The position numbers and the translations under genes are program-made. From positions 1-43,273 of the IMG/VR virus record IMGVR_UViG_3300032225_001806: a DNA stretch of 43,273 nt; one strand, 5' to 3'. Positions 1 to 10,538 of the stretch are shown one piece after another. Position 1 is the first letter of the stretch. Each line of letters opens with the position of its first letter. This DNA is from a virus. Taxonomy: Duplodnaviria > Caudoviricetes. Below the pieces are notes generated by a model. It did no database searches, was not told the origin of the DNA, and worked only from the letters and a program-made list of their open reading frames with translations.

Positions 1-124
1 CAAAGGACGCAACCGCGAACTAGGGAAGGCATACAATGAAACTTTTAATCTGGGCGTTAATTAAAATTGTAGGGAAAAGGCCAGTAAAGGAAAATTTTAT
101 CTCTAACCTTAGGGGTAACTTCTA

Positions 125-1708
125 ATGTTTATTGGGACTTTACTGCCTTATCAACCTGAAGCCGTGGATAAGATGTGTAAACGCGGTTCTATGTTGGTTG
201 CTTACGACTTGGGGTTGGGCAAGACAGTTTTAACGATTGCCGCTCTTGAGCGGTTGATGGATGAGGGTCGTATCCGCGAACCGGGTCTCATTATCTGCTT
301 GTCCAGTCTCAAATACCAGTGGGCATCTCAGATTGAAAAGTTTACTGATGGAAGTAAACCGCTTGTTATTGATGGTCCCCCATCTAAACGTGCTGAACAG
401 TATCAAGAAGCTATGGATTGGAAGGACAGCAATGTTGACTACGTCATCCTCAATTACGAGCAAGTGGTCAATGATTGGAGTTATGTCTCTAAGTTGCCTC
501 GTGGTTTTGTTGTTCTTGATGAGGCTACAGCAATTAAAAGCTTTAAATCAAAGCGTTCAAAAAGTGTTAAGAAACTTGGAACAGCGCCTTGGCGCTTTGC
601 TCTTACCGGAACACCTATTGAAAATGGAAAACCCGAAGAGCTTTACAGCATAATGCAGTTTGTTGACCCATCGGTATTAGGAAGGTTTGACCACTTTGAC
701 AAAACGTTTATAATGCGTGGATGGAATGGGTGGGTAAATGGGTACAAGAACTTGAATACATTTCATGAACTTATGAAACAGGCTTCAGTAAGAAAAGCTC
801 AAACTGATGCTGACGTGGCGCCTTACCTTCCAAAAACAATACACAAAGCCCCAATAATGATTTCATTTGACAGAGCTACTGCCAAACTTTATAAAACTAT
901 ATCTTCTGAGATAGTTCAAGACATTAAAAACGCGATGGAAAATTTTGGTCCTTCTTTTAATTTATCTGAACACTATGGTTATTCTTCATCTAAACGCTAC
1001 TCAAATATGGATGAAGCTCGGGGACAAATTATGGCTAAAGTAGGATGCCTCAAAATGCTTTGCAGCAATCCTGCTCTTCTTCGTATAAGCGCTGAAAAGT
1101 TTAAATCCCTTAATGGAGGCTCTTCATATGCGTATTTTTTGTCTGAAGAGGGTTTGCTTGATGGAATTAAAAATTCGCCTAAACTTGAATTTCTTACATC
1201 ATATATAAAAGACTTCTTATCTTCTTCCGAACTGAATAAAGTTGTTATATTTGCTTCATATATTGATATGGTTCATATGATTGCAGAATCTATTGGTACC
1301 GATGTATGCGTTACATATACAGGAGAATTAGATGCTAAAACAAAAGAAGAACAAAAAGATAAATTCAATAACGATTTGTCCATTAGGGTGTTTGTCAGTT
1401 CTGACGCTGGTGGGTATGGTGTTGATTTGCCTGCTGCTAATCTTTTAATAAACTATGACTTACCTTGGAGTGCAGGAACAGCGGCACAAAGAAACGGAAG
1501 AATTAGACGAGCTTCTTCTACATGGCCTACTATTGTGATTCAAGACCTTCTAATAGTAGGGTCCATTGAAGAAAGACAACATGAAGTACTTCAACAAAAA
1601 AATTCAGTCGCGTCAGCAATTATTGATGGGGATGGATTTGATGACAAGGGCGAACTAACCTTTAATATAAATAGCCTAACTAAATTCCTAGAAGGGGAAT
1701 CAGCATGA
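125..1708 (+). CDS. SNF2-family (SF2) helicase
   Basis: Motif I DLGLGKT, motif II DEAT, motif III LTGTPIEN, GVDL, motif VI QRNGRIRR. Confidence 0.93.
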   Translation: MFIGTLLPYQPEAVDKMCKRGSMLVAYDLGLGKTVLTIAALERLMDEGRIREPGLIICLSSLKYQWASQIEKFTDGSKPLVIDGPPSKRAEQYQEAMDWKDSNVDYVILNYEQVVNDWSYVSKLPRGFVVLDEATAIKSFKSKRSKSVKKLGTAPWRFALTGTPIENGKPEELYSIMQFVDPSVLGRFDHFDKTFIMRGWNGWVNGYKNLNTFHELMKQASVRKAQTDADVAPYLPKTIHKAPIMISFDRATAKLYKTISSEIVQDIKNAMENFGPSFNLSEHYGYSSSKRYSNMDEARGQIMAKVGCLKMLCSNPALLRISAEKFKSLNGGSSYAYFLSEEGLLDGIKNSPKLEFLTSYIKDFLSSSELNKVVIFASYIDMVHMIAESIGTDVCVTYTGELDAKTKEEQKDKFNNDLSIRVFVSSDAGGYGVDLPAANLLINYDLPWSAGTAAQRNGRIRRASSTWPTIVIQDLLIVGSIEERQHEVLQQKNSVASAIIDGDGFDDKGELTFNINSLTKFLEGESA

Positions 1709-2148
1709 CTGAACACATTGAAACAGATATCTTTACACCTTTACTTGAAGACATTGATGCTTTAATTAATTACGTAAGACAGCATGAACAGATTAAACTA
1801 AATTTGGATTTGCTCAATGACCGTAAATCTTTTGTTCGTGAAAGAATTGAAAAGATTACAGAGGAAATTGGAGAACCCGATGCAAAGGGCCATATTGTAG
1901 TCAGCATCGATGACTCAGTTTCCGGAGTTTCTAAAGTAACTCGCCAACGACGAGTGTCAAAGAACTTTAATTCTGAAATTGCATACAATATCTTGGGGTC
2001 AAAAAATCTTCAAGAGCGCTGCATGAAGCAGGTTGTAGTTTTAGATGAAGAAGCTGTAATGGCTGTTTACAATGAAGGTCTCTTAACAGATGAAGACATC
2101 GATGCAATGTTTCCTGAAAAGATTATTTGGGCAACGGTAATTAAATGA
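1705..2148 (+). CDS. Hypothetical protein (coiled-coil N-terminus)
   Basis: 147-aa ORF with ATGA overlaps at both ends. Confidence 0.75.
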   Translation: MTEHIETDIFTPLLEDIDALINYVRQHEQIKLNLDLLNDRKSFVRERIEKITEEIGEPDAKGHIVVSIDDSVSGVSKVTRQRRVSKNFNSEIAYNILGSKNLQERCMKQVVVLDEEAVMAVYNEGLLTDEDIDAMFPEKIIWATVIK

Positions 2149-2555
2149 AAAATTCAGATTTTGACCTTGATTTAGCTGTTGGTCACGCTGGAGAAGATTC
2201 GGTTGCCCGCGTGTTGGGGTTAGATACTGTTGAGGTAAAACGGGATTTAAAGTGGTTTAAGACTAGTAATCTTTATATAGAAACTTCGTGTTACCACGTC
2301 TCAAAAGGTATGTATGTATCAAGTGGTTTGGAGACAACCAAGGCTAGCCACTGGGCTTTTGTCTTAGGTGATACAATTGTATTAGTAAAAACTAGTGACT
2401 TAAAGGAATATATAAACTACCAACTTAAATACAATATAGCCAAGCCTGCAGTGTGCAAAATAGAACCAAATCCAAGCAAAGGTTATCTGATAACAATAGA
2501 AGCATTTTTACACTATCAGAAACTTTACAAGACTCCAGAGATTACAAATGACTGA
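2145..2555 (+). CDS. Putative PD-(D/E)XK nuclease-fold protein
   Basis: GE...EVKRD...NLYIE pattern typical of small phage restriction-like nucleases. Confidence 0.55.
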   Translation: MKNSDFDLDLAVGHAGEDSVARVLGLDTVEVKRDLKWFKTSNLYIETSCYHVSKGMYVSSGLETTKASHWAFVLGDTIVLVKTSDLKEYINYQLKYNIAKPAVCKIEPNPSKGYLITIEAFLHYQKLYKTPEITND

Positions 2556-3027
2556 AAATGACTTTATTGAAAAAACCTTCTCAGACCTTGAGGAGTTCTA
2601 TCCGGGCAGCAAAAAAAAGCGGCGCCCGTTTGATGAGATTCCCGAAAATACTAAAGAGTTAGATACCTCTTGGGAATCCAATTACTATGAGAAGACCCTG
2701 CCTAATGGTAGGAAGATTCAGATGTATACAATAGGCTCTCTTGCACAGGCTCTTGGCCGACCTGTGATTACAGTACGCACATGGATTAAAGAAGGTTACT
2801 TGCCCGCATCTCCGTACAGGCTTCCAACTAAGCCTGATAAAAACGGATTTGCACGAGCAGGCCGTCGTCTGTATAGTAAGGCCATGATAGATTCAGCAGT
2901 CCAGGTATTCAAACAGAATGGTCTATTTGACATACTGAGAGTTGAGTGGAAGAATCACTCACAAGTACCGCTAGAGATTGCTGAAACGTGGAATCAAATC
3001 CGCGTTCAAGAAAAAGAAAACGACTGA
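2548..3027 (+). CDS. MerR-like helix-turn-helix DNA-binding protein
   Basis: YTIGSLAQALGRPVITVRTWIKEGYLP...RRLY. Confidence 0.75.
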   Translation: MTENDFIEKTFSDLEEFYPGSKKKRRPFDEIPENTKELDTSWESNYYEKTLPNGRKIQMYTIGSLAQALGRPVITVRTWIKEGYLPASPYRLPTKPDKNGFARAGRRLYSKAMIDSAVQVFKQNGLFDILRVEWKNHSQVPLEIAETWNQIRVQEKEND

Positions 3028-3044
3028 AACAAAGGAAAAGATAA

Positions 3045-3710
3045 ATGCCAATTCAAAAGACTGAGGACTTGGCGGCTAAATACATTGATGCCGCTAATGA
3101 CGACTTCGACATCGATGCTCGTCCTTCACAATCCACTAGTACCGCAATTAGCTCCGGTTGGGACGCAGCAGAAAAGCTTAGCGCTCCTGCCGGTGATTAC
3201 CCGGTAGAGTTCAAGCACTCCGAGGACTTTCAGATTATTAAGATTCTGGACCCGGATGGCCCCTTTGCCTCTTACAAGTTGCACTTCCTTCAACAGAAGA
3301 CTTCGGGCAAGCGTTCGTATGTTTGCTTGCAAACGAATTGCCCTCTTTGCGATATTCTTAAGCACCGCCCTGAAGTAAAGCGTGCTTTTACTATCGCAAA
3401 TCTCAGCACAAATCCTGTAGAGCGCCAGTTGCTTATTGCAACTCCTCGCCTATACAAGACAATGCACTCTGCTCACTTCTCCCCTCAGGGCCCTTTGAAC
3501 AAGAACTTCTGGGCAATTAGCCGGACTGGTATCAAGCAAACCACGGTCTATCACTTCAATGCTGTCAAGGGACGTGACCTTGAAGAAGACTGGAACATTA
3601 AAGAAGCAACCGCTACCGCAGCGCTTGCTGAGTTGGAATGCTACGACAGTTCAATTATCCGCGAGACTTCTTACCAGGACCTTTTGGAAATTGCTGAGTC
3701 CTTGAGCTAA
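3045..3710 (+). CDS. Putative single-stranded DNA-binding protein (Zn-binding, gp32-like)
   Basis: H...C-x4-CPLC motif, AAAGGA SD, directly upstream of the polymerase, followed by a terminator. Confidence 0.6.
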   Translation: MPIQKTEDLAAKYIDAANDDFDIDARPSQSTSTAISSGWDAAEKLSAPAGDYPVEFKHSEDFQIIKILDPDGPFASYKLHFLQQKTSGKRSYVCLQTNCPLCDILKHRPEVKRAFTIANLSTNPVERQLLIATPRLYKTMHSAHFSPQGPLNKNFWAISRTGIKQTTVYHFNAVKGRDLEEDWNIKEATATAALAELECYDSSIIRETSYQDLLEIAESLS

Positions 3711-3723
3711 TAAAACATAGGCT

Positions 3724-3766
3724 GCCTGGGGCAGGGTGCTCCCCTTCACTCTGCCCCAGGCTTTTT
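3724..3766 (+). terminator. Rho-independent terminator
   Basis: GCCTGGGGCAGGGTG / CACTCTGCCCCAGGC stem followed by TTTTT. Confidence 0.8.
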
Positions 3767-3776
3767 AAGGGGAAAT

Positions 3777-5762
3777 ATGAATATCATTACAACTTATGAG
3801 CAACTACAAGAGATGGTTGCTTTTTATTTATCTAAAGATGCTTTTGCATTCGATGTTGAAACTGTAGGCGCTCGTAGAGGAACCCCTGCAGTTAATGAAG
3901 TTCTTTGGATTAGCTTTGCTACATATGGCAGATGCGATGTCATTCCTATGGGACACCCCAATGGAGATACTGTTAATATTGAGTACCCTCTTACAAGCGT
4001 AGGACAAAAACGCCGTGAAAAAGGGTTACCGCCTAAACCAAGCGACTATTCTAAGAGTGAGAAGAATGCAGTTAAAGTTTTTGGTCCTCCTCCTAGTCAG
4101 CTATATCCTGCAGAGGTTTTTAAGGCCTTAGAGTCCTTGTTATTCAATGACTCGGCTTTAACTATTGGACATAACCTTGTATTTGACCTTTGTTCTGTAG
4201 CAAAATACTTTCAAGGTAGAGTTCCAGTAGGCCCTTATTTTGACACAATGATTGGCTCTTTTTTGTATGACAATAGAAACAAAAATAAAGTCGGTCTGGA
4301 TGATTGTCTCAAACGAGAGTTTGGGTATGAGATGGTTAAGGGTGTAGGTAAAGAAGTTGAAAGCCACACTTTTCAAGATGTAGCAAAGTATGCATACCTT
4401 GACGCCAAGTACACATTTCTTTTGTGGAAAGTTGTTCAAGAAAAGGTAACTACTGCAGATGTGCAGGTAGTTATGAACTTAGAAATGGATGTTCTGCGAG
4501 TTCTTTGCGATATGAAATTAACAGGCGCTCCCATTGACATGGATGCGTTGAATGCATTAGACACTAAACTAAAAGAAGATGTAGAAACCGCAAGAACAGC
4601 AATCTTTTCAATATCCAAAAAGCCTTTTAATATTAACTCAAACCCTGATAAACAAATGATTCTATTCGGCCCAAAATCCGAAGGAAATCGCGGGCTTACA
4701 CCTAAGATTTTAACTAACAAAGGCCAACAAAAATTAGAAGAAGGCCAAAAACCTGATTTATCTGAATACTCTGTTTCAGCCGAAGCTCTTGAGGCTTGGA
4801 GAGGCAAAGATGAGCTTGTAGACGCAATTCTGCATTATTCAGAACTTAACAAATTAAATACGGCTTATGTGGTTCCTTACAAGGGCGGAGAAGTCGTGCG
4901 CACTATTATGGGTAAAGAAAAGCGGGAAATTAAAGAAAGCCTTCTTGTAAACGGGAGGGTTCATTGCGATTTTATTCAAAACGGTGCTGAGACAGGCCGT
5001 TTTTCTAGCCGTAACCCTAACTTGCAAAATGTGCCCGCACCAAACACAGAGCACGGACGTGCAATTAGAAATCTTTTTGCTGCGCCAGAAGATTACTCTT
5101 TAGTAGTTGCTGACTACTCACAGATTGAACCACGTGTAATTGCGTCTTTTTCTCAAGACGAAGTTATGTTGAATAATTATTTGACAGGCGGGGACATTTA
5201 TACCACTGTTGGAGATGTTATGGGCGTGGATAGAAAAGCGGGCAAGGTGCTTGTGCTTTCTATGGCATATGGTGTTGGGCCAGACAAGATTGCTAGACAA
5301 ATTGGTTGTTCTGCAAAAGATGCAAAAGACTTGCTCGCAGGATTTACAGATAAGTTTCCTGCAGTAAATAGATATAAAGCTATGGTTATTGGTAGCGCTA
5401 AGTCTAGTAAGAACACAGTCCCTTGTGTAAAAACGCTTTTAGGAAGAAAACGTTTTCTACCGGAGCTTTTATCAAGAGATGTAAGTCTTAGGTCTCAGGC
5501 AGAACGCCAAGCTTTTAATACGCGGATTCAAGGTTCTGCTGCAGATATTATTAAAATTGCTATGGTATCTGCTTATGAATTAATTCCTGCAGAAGCAAAG
5601 TTGCTTTTGACTGTTCACGATGAACTTGTTACTATGTGTCCTACAAATATAGCGGAAGAAACTGCTGAAGCTATTCGAACCGCTATGGAAGGAGTTAACG
5701 TGCTTAAGGTGCCTTTAATTGCTGATGTTAAGATTGTAAAAAAGTGGGGTGAAGCAAAATGA
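3777..5762 (+). CDS. polA: DNA polymerase family A with 3'-5' exonuclease
   Basis: ExoI FDVET, ExoII GHNLVFD, TGRFSSRNPNLQN, motif A DYSQIEPR, motif B RKAGKVLVLSMAYG, motif C VHDE. Confidence 0.97.
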   Translation: MNIITTYEQLQEMVAFYLSKDAFAFDVETVGARRGTPAVNEVLWISFATYGRCDVIPMGHPNGDTVNIEYPLTSVGQKRREKGLPPKPSDYSKSEKNAVKVFGPPPSQLYPAEVFKALESLLFNDSALTIGHNLVFDLCSVAKYFQGRVPVGPYFDTMIGSFLYDNRNKNKVGLDDCLKREFGYEMVKGVGKEVESHTFQDVAKYAYLDAKYTFLLWKVVQEKVTTADVQVVMNLEMDVLRVLCDMKLTGAPIDMDALNALDTKLKEDVETARTAIFSISKKPFNINSNPDKQMILFGPKSEGNRGLTPKILTNKGQQKLEEGQKPDLSEYSVSAEALEAWRGKDELVDAILHYSELNKLNTAYVVPYKGGEVVRTIMGKEKREIKESLLVNGRVHCDFIQNGAETGRFSSRNPNLQNVPAPNTEHGRAIRNLFAAPEDYSLVVADYSQIEPRVIASFSQDEVMLNNYLTGGDIYTTVGDVMGVDRKAGKVLVLSMAYGVGPDKIARQIGCSAKDAKDLLAGFTDKFPAVNRYKAMVIGSAKSSKNTVPCVKTLLGRKRFLPELLSRDVSLRSQAERQAFNTRIQGSAADIIKIAMVSAYELIPAEAKLLLTVHDELVTMCPTNIAEETAEAIRTAMEGVNVLKVPLIADVKIVKKWGEAK

Positions 5763-6241
5763 GCTGGAAGTTTTGGAAAAAAAGACGCCAAGAAACGTTA
5801 ATGTTTGAAGTAACTACTATAGAAACCCCGTCTCCACTTCCATTAAGTACCTTGTTTAGATGGTACTGCTACGATATGGATGTAACTAACCCCAATAAGC
5901 TTGCTAATCAACTTGGGCTCAGCGGCATTAGCGATGATGTAGAAGAAATGGAAAAAGAAGCTAGCACTGAAAGACTTGAGCAAATTGTTCCAATTCTTCC
6001 TTTTCTAAAATCTATTGCCAGTATTAATTCTATGGTTATTGCAGCAATTCAAGGCGATATTATCCAGAATAAGCCTCTTGCTGAAGATAAAGATTTAGAA
6101 GATGTTCTTGAGTCTGTTCGTGAAATTATTGGGCAGATTTCTATGTCTGCTTTAGTTGCAGGCTTTTCTGCTGCAATTTCTTTAGGTGTAGTTCATTCGT
6201 CTGGAGCCGTTGCAAAGGAAGTTGATAATGAGCAATTCTAA
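5759..6241 (+). CDS. Hypothetical protein
   Basis: 160-aa ORF translationally coupled to polA. Confidence 0.75.
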   Translation: MSWKFWKKRRQETLMFEVTTIETPSPLPLSTLFRWYCYDMDVTNPNKLANQLGLSGISDDVEEMEKEASTERLEQIVPILPFLKSIASINSMVIAAIQGDIIQNKPLAEDKDLEDVLESVREIIGQISMSALVAGFSAAISLGVVHSSGAVAKEVDNEQF

Positions 6242-6611
6242 TTGGTGGTCTCAAAAACTTGGAGCTACCCCACCTTCCACTTCCTTACCCCCTTCTCAAC
6301 CGCAAACACGCCCAGAAGCATTTGTTCAAGGCAACCAAGAAGTTTATAACGCATCAACACCTCCTGTAGTTGCTCAACCAGCAGAGACCTGCCCCGGGTG
6401 CAGAAGTGGTAACTACACTAAGGTGGGGAGCATGGCTACAGCTAATGGCACTGTTCATTCATACCAATGTTATGACTGTGGATACCCTGTAGTTCAACAG
6501 GGTAGTGGTTTAGGAGGAGTAGCAGCTTCTTCCAATGGCCCAGCACGGGCCTCACGCCAAGTTGAAGGCGGCGGTTGGAACCCCGGAACTATTATTGATA
6601 GGATTAGCTAA
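6228..6611 (+). CDS. Zn-ribbon hypothetical protein
   Basis: CPGC...CYDC; start moved to ATG 6228 after AAGGA. Confidence 0.7.
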   Translation: MSNSNWWSQKLGATPPSTSLPPSQPQTRPEAFVQGNQEVYNASTPPVVAQPAETCPGCRSGNYTKVGSMATANGTVHSYQCYDCGYPVVQQGSGLGGVAASSNGPARASRQVEGGGWNPGTIIDRIS

Positions 6612-7669
6612 TGAATCCAGATTTGGCAAAAGTCATTAAAGATTTAAATAAAAAATTCGGTAATGAGACTGTTGTATTAGGAGCTGATATTAGAGATGAC
6701 ATCATCAGCCGTACGACTACTGGTTCTCTGGCTCTTGATGTCATTCTTGGGGGTGGTTGGCCTACTAATCAGTGGCATGAGATTGTTGGTGAAGCAAGCA
6801 ACGGAAAAACAGCAGTTGCTCTCAAAACAATTGCAGCAAACCAAGCGCGAGACCCCGAGTTCACAACAGTCTGGGTAGCTGCCGAACAATGGGTACCTTC
6901 ATATGCTGAAATGTGTGGCGTTGATTTATCTCGCGTTTATGTAATTTCCACTAATATTATGGAGGAAGCATATGAGGCAGTTATTTCTTTTGTGGAATCA
7001 AAAGCTGTCGACTGCGTGGTTATCGATTCTCTTCCTGCTCTTGTCCCGGGCGCTGAAGATGAAAAAGACATGGATGAGGCAACTGTTGGTAGGGGCGCTC
7101 TTCTTACCGGTAAATTTTTCCGGAAGGTGGGTAAAGCGAGCAAAAGAAGCCTTACCGAAACCGAACGACCATTCATTGGGATTGTAATTAACCAATACCG
7201 TATGAAGATTGGGGTTATGTATGGCGACCCACGAACTACTCCCGGAGGCGAAGCCAAGAACTATGCGTTCTTTACTCGCTTGGAAGTTAAGCGTGATGAT
7301 TGGATTGAGAATGGAACCGGGCAAGATAAACGGCGTGTTGGCCAAACTATTAAAATTCGTACACTTAAAAATAAGTCCGCTCCCCCGGGTCAAGTCGCGT
7401 ACGTTGATTTCTACTTTGCCAACGGAGACTCCTGTACAGCAGGAGAGTTTGATTTCGCTAAGGAGATTGTTGCCTTAGGCATTATCAACAAGGTTATTAT
7501 CCGTGCAGGTGCTTATTACCGTTACAACGGTCAGCAGTGGCAGGGAGCAGAGTCAGTTGTTAATGCTATTCGTGAAGAGATTGATTTAAAAATTGGGCTT
7601 GAAAAAGATGTGCTTGACTCTGTTCGTGCATCTTCTAAAGGAGTAGTTCAGGAATCTGATGAGGAGTGA
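6611..7669 (+). CDS. recA: RecA recombinase
   Basis: TTGSLALDVILGGG, Walker A GEASNGKT, Walker B VVIDS, INQYRMKIGVMYGDPRTTPGG. Confidence 0.96.
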   Translation: MNPDLAKVIKDLNKKFGNETVVLGADIRDDIISRTTTGSLALDVILGGGWPTNQWHEIVGEASNGKTAVALKTIAANQARDPEFTTVWVAAEQWVPSYAEMCGVDLSRVYVISTNIMEEAYEAVISFVESKAVDCVVIDSLPALVPGAEDEKDMDEATVGRGALLTGKFFRKVGKASKRSLTETERPFIGIVINQYRMKIGVMYGDPRTTPGGEAKNYAFFTRLEVKRDDWIENGTGQDKRRVGQTIKIRTLKNKSAPPGQVAYVDFYFANGDSCTAGEFDFAKEIVALGIINKVIIRAGAYYRYNGQQWQGAESVVNAIREEIDLKIGLEKDVLDSVRASSKGVVQESDEE

Positions 7670-8006
7670 AGGGCAAAAGCAGTCCAAGAAGCATGAGAAA
7701 CGCCTTGCTAAGGTTATAGGAGGTGCTACAGTCGCTGCTAGTGGTGCTTTTTGGAGTCGAAAAGGAGACGTTAGGTCAAAAGACCTTTTGATTGAACATA
7801 AGTGGACTGGTAAAGCTCAATTTTCTATGAAGGCCACTGTTTTAGAAAAGATTGTAAAAGAGGCAATTTTGGATGGAAGACTCCCCGTGCTAGGATTCTC
7901 TCTTAACAACAATAATTACGTAGTTCTTACAGAAGATGACTTTTTAGAAATTAGAGAGTCTTTACAGGAGACTAAATGCGAAGAGACGAAAGCTGGAGAA
8001 AGCTAG
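7659..8006 (+). CDS. Putative Holliday-junction resolvase (Hjc-like PD-(D/E)XK)
   Basis: HE...SGA...KGDV...IEHK. Confidence 0.65.
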   Translation: MRSEGQKQSKKHEKRLAKVIGGATVAASGAFWSRKGDVRSKDLLIEHKWTGKAQFSMKATVLEKIVKEAILDGRLPVLGFSLNNNNYVVLTEDDFLEIRESLQETKCEETKAGES

Positions 8007-8278
8007 CAAAATGTGATGGAATGGATACAGAGTTATTCTTTCCACCCAGAGATAAAGATAAATATAAAAATATTGCAGATAAAGCTAAAAATGTATGCTG
8101 GGGTAAAGATGGAAAACCTGAATGCCGCGTCAGAAAAGAATGTTTACTATACGCAGTTGAAGTAGAGACTTCTTATGGAATTTGGGGTGGGTTAAGTAAT
8201 CGTGAAAGAAATGCTTTAGTCAGAAAGGCTAAGAAAAATGGAAAAACACTCGAGCAATGGCTTAGAGGTAGTGCTTAA
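7976..8278 (+). CDS. whiB: WhiB-family transcription factor
   Basis: W...AKC...FFP...C...C.V..ECL...GIWGGLSNRER. Confidence 0.92.
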   Translation: MRRDESWRKLAKCDGMDTELFFPPRDKDKYKNIADKAKNVCWGKDGKPECRVRKECLLYAVEVETSYGIWGGLSNRERNALVRKAKKNGKTLEQWLRGSA

Positions 8279-9161
8279 CTATGATAAGAAAAAGGGGGCA
8301 ACACCTAGTAAGTCTTTTAAAAACTTTGTAAATACTACTAAAGATAAGCGTCGCGTGTTACCTTCTTTAGAGCGCTTTGTATTATCAACTCCAGATGCAC
8401 CTAGAAGAACAGATGTTCTACATCCTTCAGAGATGTCAAAGCAGGATTGGTGCCACCGGGCATCTTACTTTTTGCTTTCAGGGGAACCTGCTCCGTCTAA
8501 GTCTTTTGGGTTTAAAACTAAAATGATTTTTGAAACTGGTCACCGCCTTCATGCTATGTGGCAAGACTTGTTTTATAAGCAAGGAACTTTGTACGGAAAT
8601 TGGATTTGTATTAGGTGTCGTTTCCCGTTTAATTACACTATTGGCTTTGAAGTATGTCCTAATTGCCAAGAAGGAACCTTGGAATATAGAGAGGTGCCTG
8701 TTCGTAGCGATGAGTACCGCATCTCGGGCCATTCTGATGGAATTATTGTTGGATATGGAGAGCCTTTACTTCTTGAAATTAAAACCGTAGGAGCTGGTTC
8801 ATTCAGGTATGAAAAACCTGACTCGTTTTATGCTCACAATGGTGACTTTTCAAAAATGTGGTCTGACTTTGATAGCCCCTTTATGAGTCATATTCTTCAA
8901 ACACAGATTTATATGCGCTTGATGGAAAATGACCCAAAGATTGATTACAAACCTAAAGAAGCAGTTTTTATCTACCACGGTAAGCCCAATGATGAAATTA
9001 AGGAGCTGATTGTTCCTAAAAGTAACTTTGGAGTTGATGAGGTATTTGAAGCCGCTGCTAAAATTGTAAAAGCTGTAGAAACCAAAACACCTTTAAACTG
9101 CAATGTCCCTGAACGAGACAAAAACGATTGCTCAAAATGCCGAGGTTATAATGACAATTAA
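8271..9161 (+). CDS. Cas4-like / PD-(D/E)XK exonuclease with Zn-ribbon insertion
   Basis: LHPS...C, GHRLH, GHSDG, LEIKT, QTQIY, C-terminal Cys cluster; GTG start after GAGGT. Confidence 0.8.
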   Translation: MLNYDKKKGATPSKSFKNFVNTTKDKRRVLPSLERFVLSTPDAPRRTDVLHPSEMSKQDWCHRASYFLLSGEPAPSKSFGFKTKMIFETGHRLHAMWQDLFYKQGTLYGNWICIRCRFPFNYTIGFEVCPNCQEGTLEYREVPVRSDEYRISGHSDGIIVGYGEPLLLEIKTVGAGSFRYEKPDSFYAHNGDFSKMWSDFDSPFMSHILQTQIYMRLMENDPKIDYKPKEAVFIYHGKPNDEIKELIVPKSNFGVDEVFEAAAKIVKAVETKTPLNCNVPERDKNDCSKCRGYNDN

Positions 9162-9648
9162 ACTTAAAGTACCTGCCCATGCCGCAAATGCTTTAGAAGA
9201 ACTCAAGGCGCAAGGTTTAGATGTTAGCCATGAAGTAGACCTTGATAAACCAACATTGCCTGAAGATATAACAGAGTTAGACGATGAAGATTTAATGAGG
9301 CTTTTTACTAAATTAATCGCTTATATTGATTTTCTATCTACGCAATCTTCCTTAGCTCAGATTGATGAAAGAGAAAGCGAACGTTGCTTAAATCAAATTG
9401 AGGCAGAGGTAACAGCTAATCTTCCTGTGGCAAAAGGCGACAAAGTATCGGTAATTAAAGCACAGGCTGCTGCTGCACCAGAAGTAGTTGAAGCAGCGGA
9501 GGCTTATTCAAGCGCGTATTCTTATAGAAAGATTATTGAGTCTATGCTTGATAATTATGAACGAGACGCGATGCTAGTAAGTCGTGAATTGACGCGGCGT
9601 ACGGCAGGTGATACTTATAAAAGCCGCTCAAGGAAGTTTGTTTCATGA
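9151..9648 (+). CDS. Helical hypothetical protein (possibly UvsY-like recombination mediator)
   Basis: All-helical ORF ending SRELTRR, within the recombination cluster. Confidence 0.55.
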   Translation: MTIKLKVPAHAANALEELKAQGLDVSHEVDLDKPTLPEDITELDDEDLMRLFTKLIAYIDFLSTQSSLAQIDERESERCLNQIEAEVTANLPVAKGDKVSVIKAQAAAAPEVVEAAEAYSSAYSYRKIIESMLDNYERDAMLVSRELTRRTAGDTYKSRSRKFVS

Positions 9649-10226
9649 AATCTACCAAAGAATACTCTGTTAAGGTTTTTGGAAACCCGGAGCAGGTAAG
9701 CAATCAGTATCCTATTTTTGCAGGTATAGACGCTTCATATTCAGGGTTTGGGGTCACTTTAATTGACCATGAAAGTAGTCATGTTACCTATGTTGCAAAA
9801 TTTAATGGTACCGGTGTAGAGCGGCTTAGAAATGCCCAAAAGTTTCTAACAGATTTATTTATTTGCGAAAATGAAGACCTTTATGAATTTCAAGATATAG
9901 CCATAGAAGGTTACGCCTTTGGTAGCCAAATGTCAAATATGTTAGGCGAGCTTGGTGGTATCGTTAGGCTGTTTATATATGAAAAGTTTGGAATAAAGCC
10001 GCTTTTAGTTCCTCCTACCAGCTTAAAGAAGTACGTAACTGGTAAGGGAACGGGAGTTCAAAAGAATCAAATGCTACTATACGTATACAAGAAATGGGAT
10101 GTGGAGTTTAAAGATGATAATGCGGCTGATGCTTATTCACTTGCTAAATTGGTTTCAGGACAAGGGTCTTTGGCCTATGAAAAAGAAATTTACAGTAAGC
10201 TTAACGACGAAAAGCACAGGGCGTAA
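9645..10226 (+). CDS. RuvC-like resolvase
   Basis: GIDASYSGFG, IAIEGY, ELGG, PTSLKKYVTGKG, DNAADAY. Confidence 0.85.
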   Translation: MKSTKEYSVKVFGNPEQVSNQYPIFAGIDASYSGFGVTLIDHESSHVTYVAKFNGTGVERLRNAQKFLTDLFICENEDLYEFQDIAIEGYAFGSQMSNMLGELGGIVRLFIYEKFGIKPLLVPPTSLKKYVTGKGTGVQKNQMLLYVYKKWDVEFKDDNAADAYSLAKLVSGQGSLAYEKEIYSKLNDEKHRA

Positions 10227-10473
10227 TCCTTTATCTCCTAAACCAATATCAGAGTTAAAGCCTTCTTATGAAAACGTTGTTGACCTGCGAGGTGAGCCAA
10301 CTCATGTGTGTATTTGTGGGTCTTTTGTCTGGAATGTAAAATGCTCGTTTGAAGACTATGAGATGAGTTTTTATTATTTAGATATGGAGTGTGCCAATTG
10401 TGGCAGCTTGGCCACAGCTCCTACCCCACCTGCTAAGCCAGATTATGAAAAAGAATTAGATTATTTGGATTGA
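10177..10473 (+). CDS. Zn-ribbon hypothetical protein
   Basis: CICG...CANCGS; start position uncertain. Confidence 0.65.
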   Translation: MKKKFTVSLTTKSTGRNPLSPKPISELKPSYENVVDLRGEPTHVCICGSFVWNVKCSFEDYEMSFYYLDMECANCGSLATAPTPPAKPDYEKELDYLD

Positions 10474-10538
10474 GACTTGGCCGGGCATTCTTTTTGGTAG
10501 AATTAATATAATTAATCCTTCTACTATACGAGGTAAAA

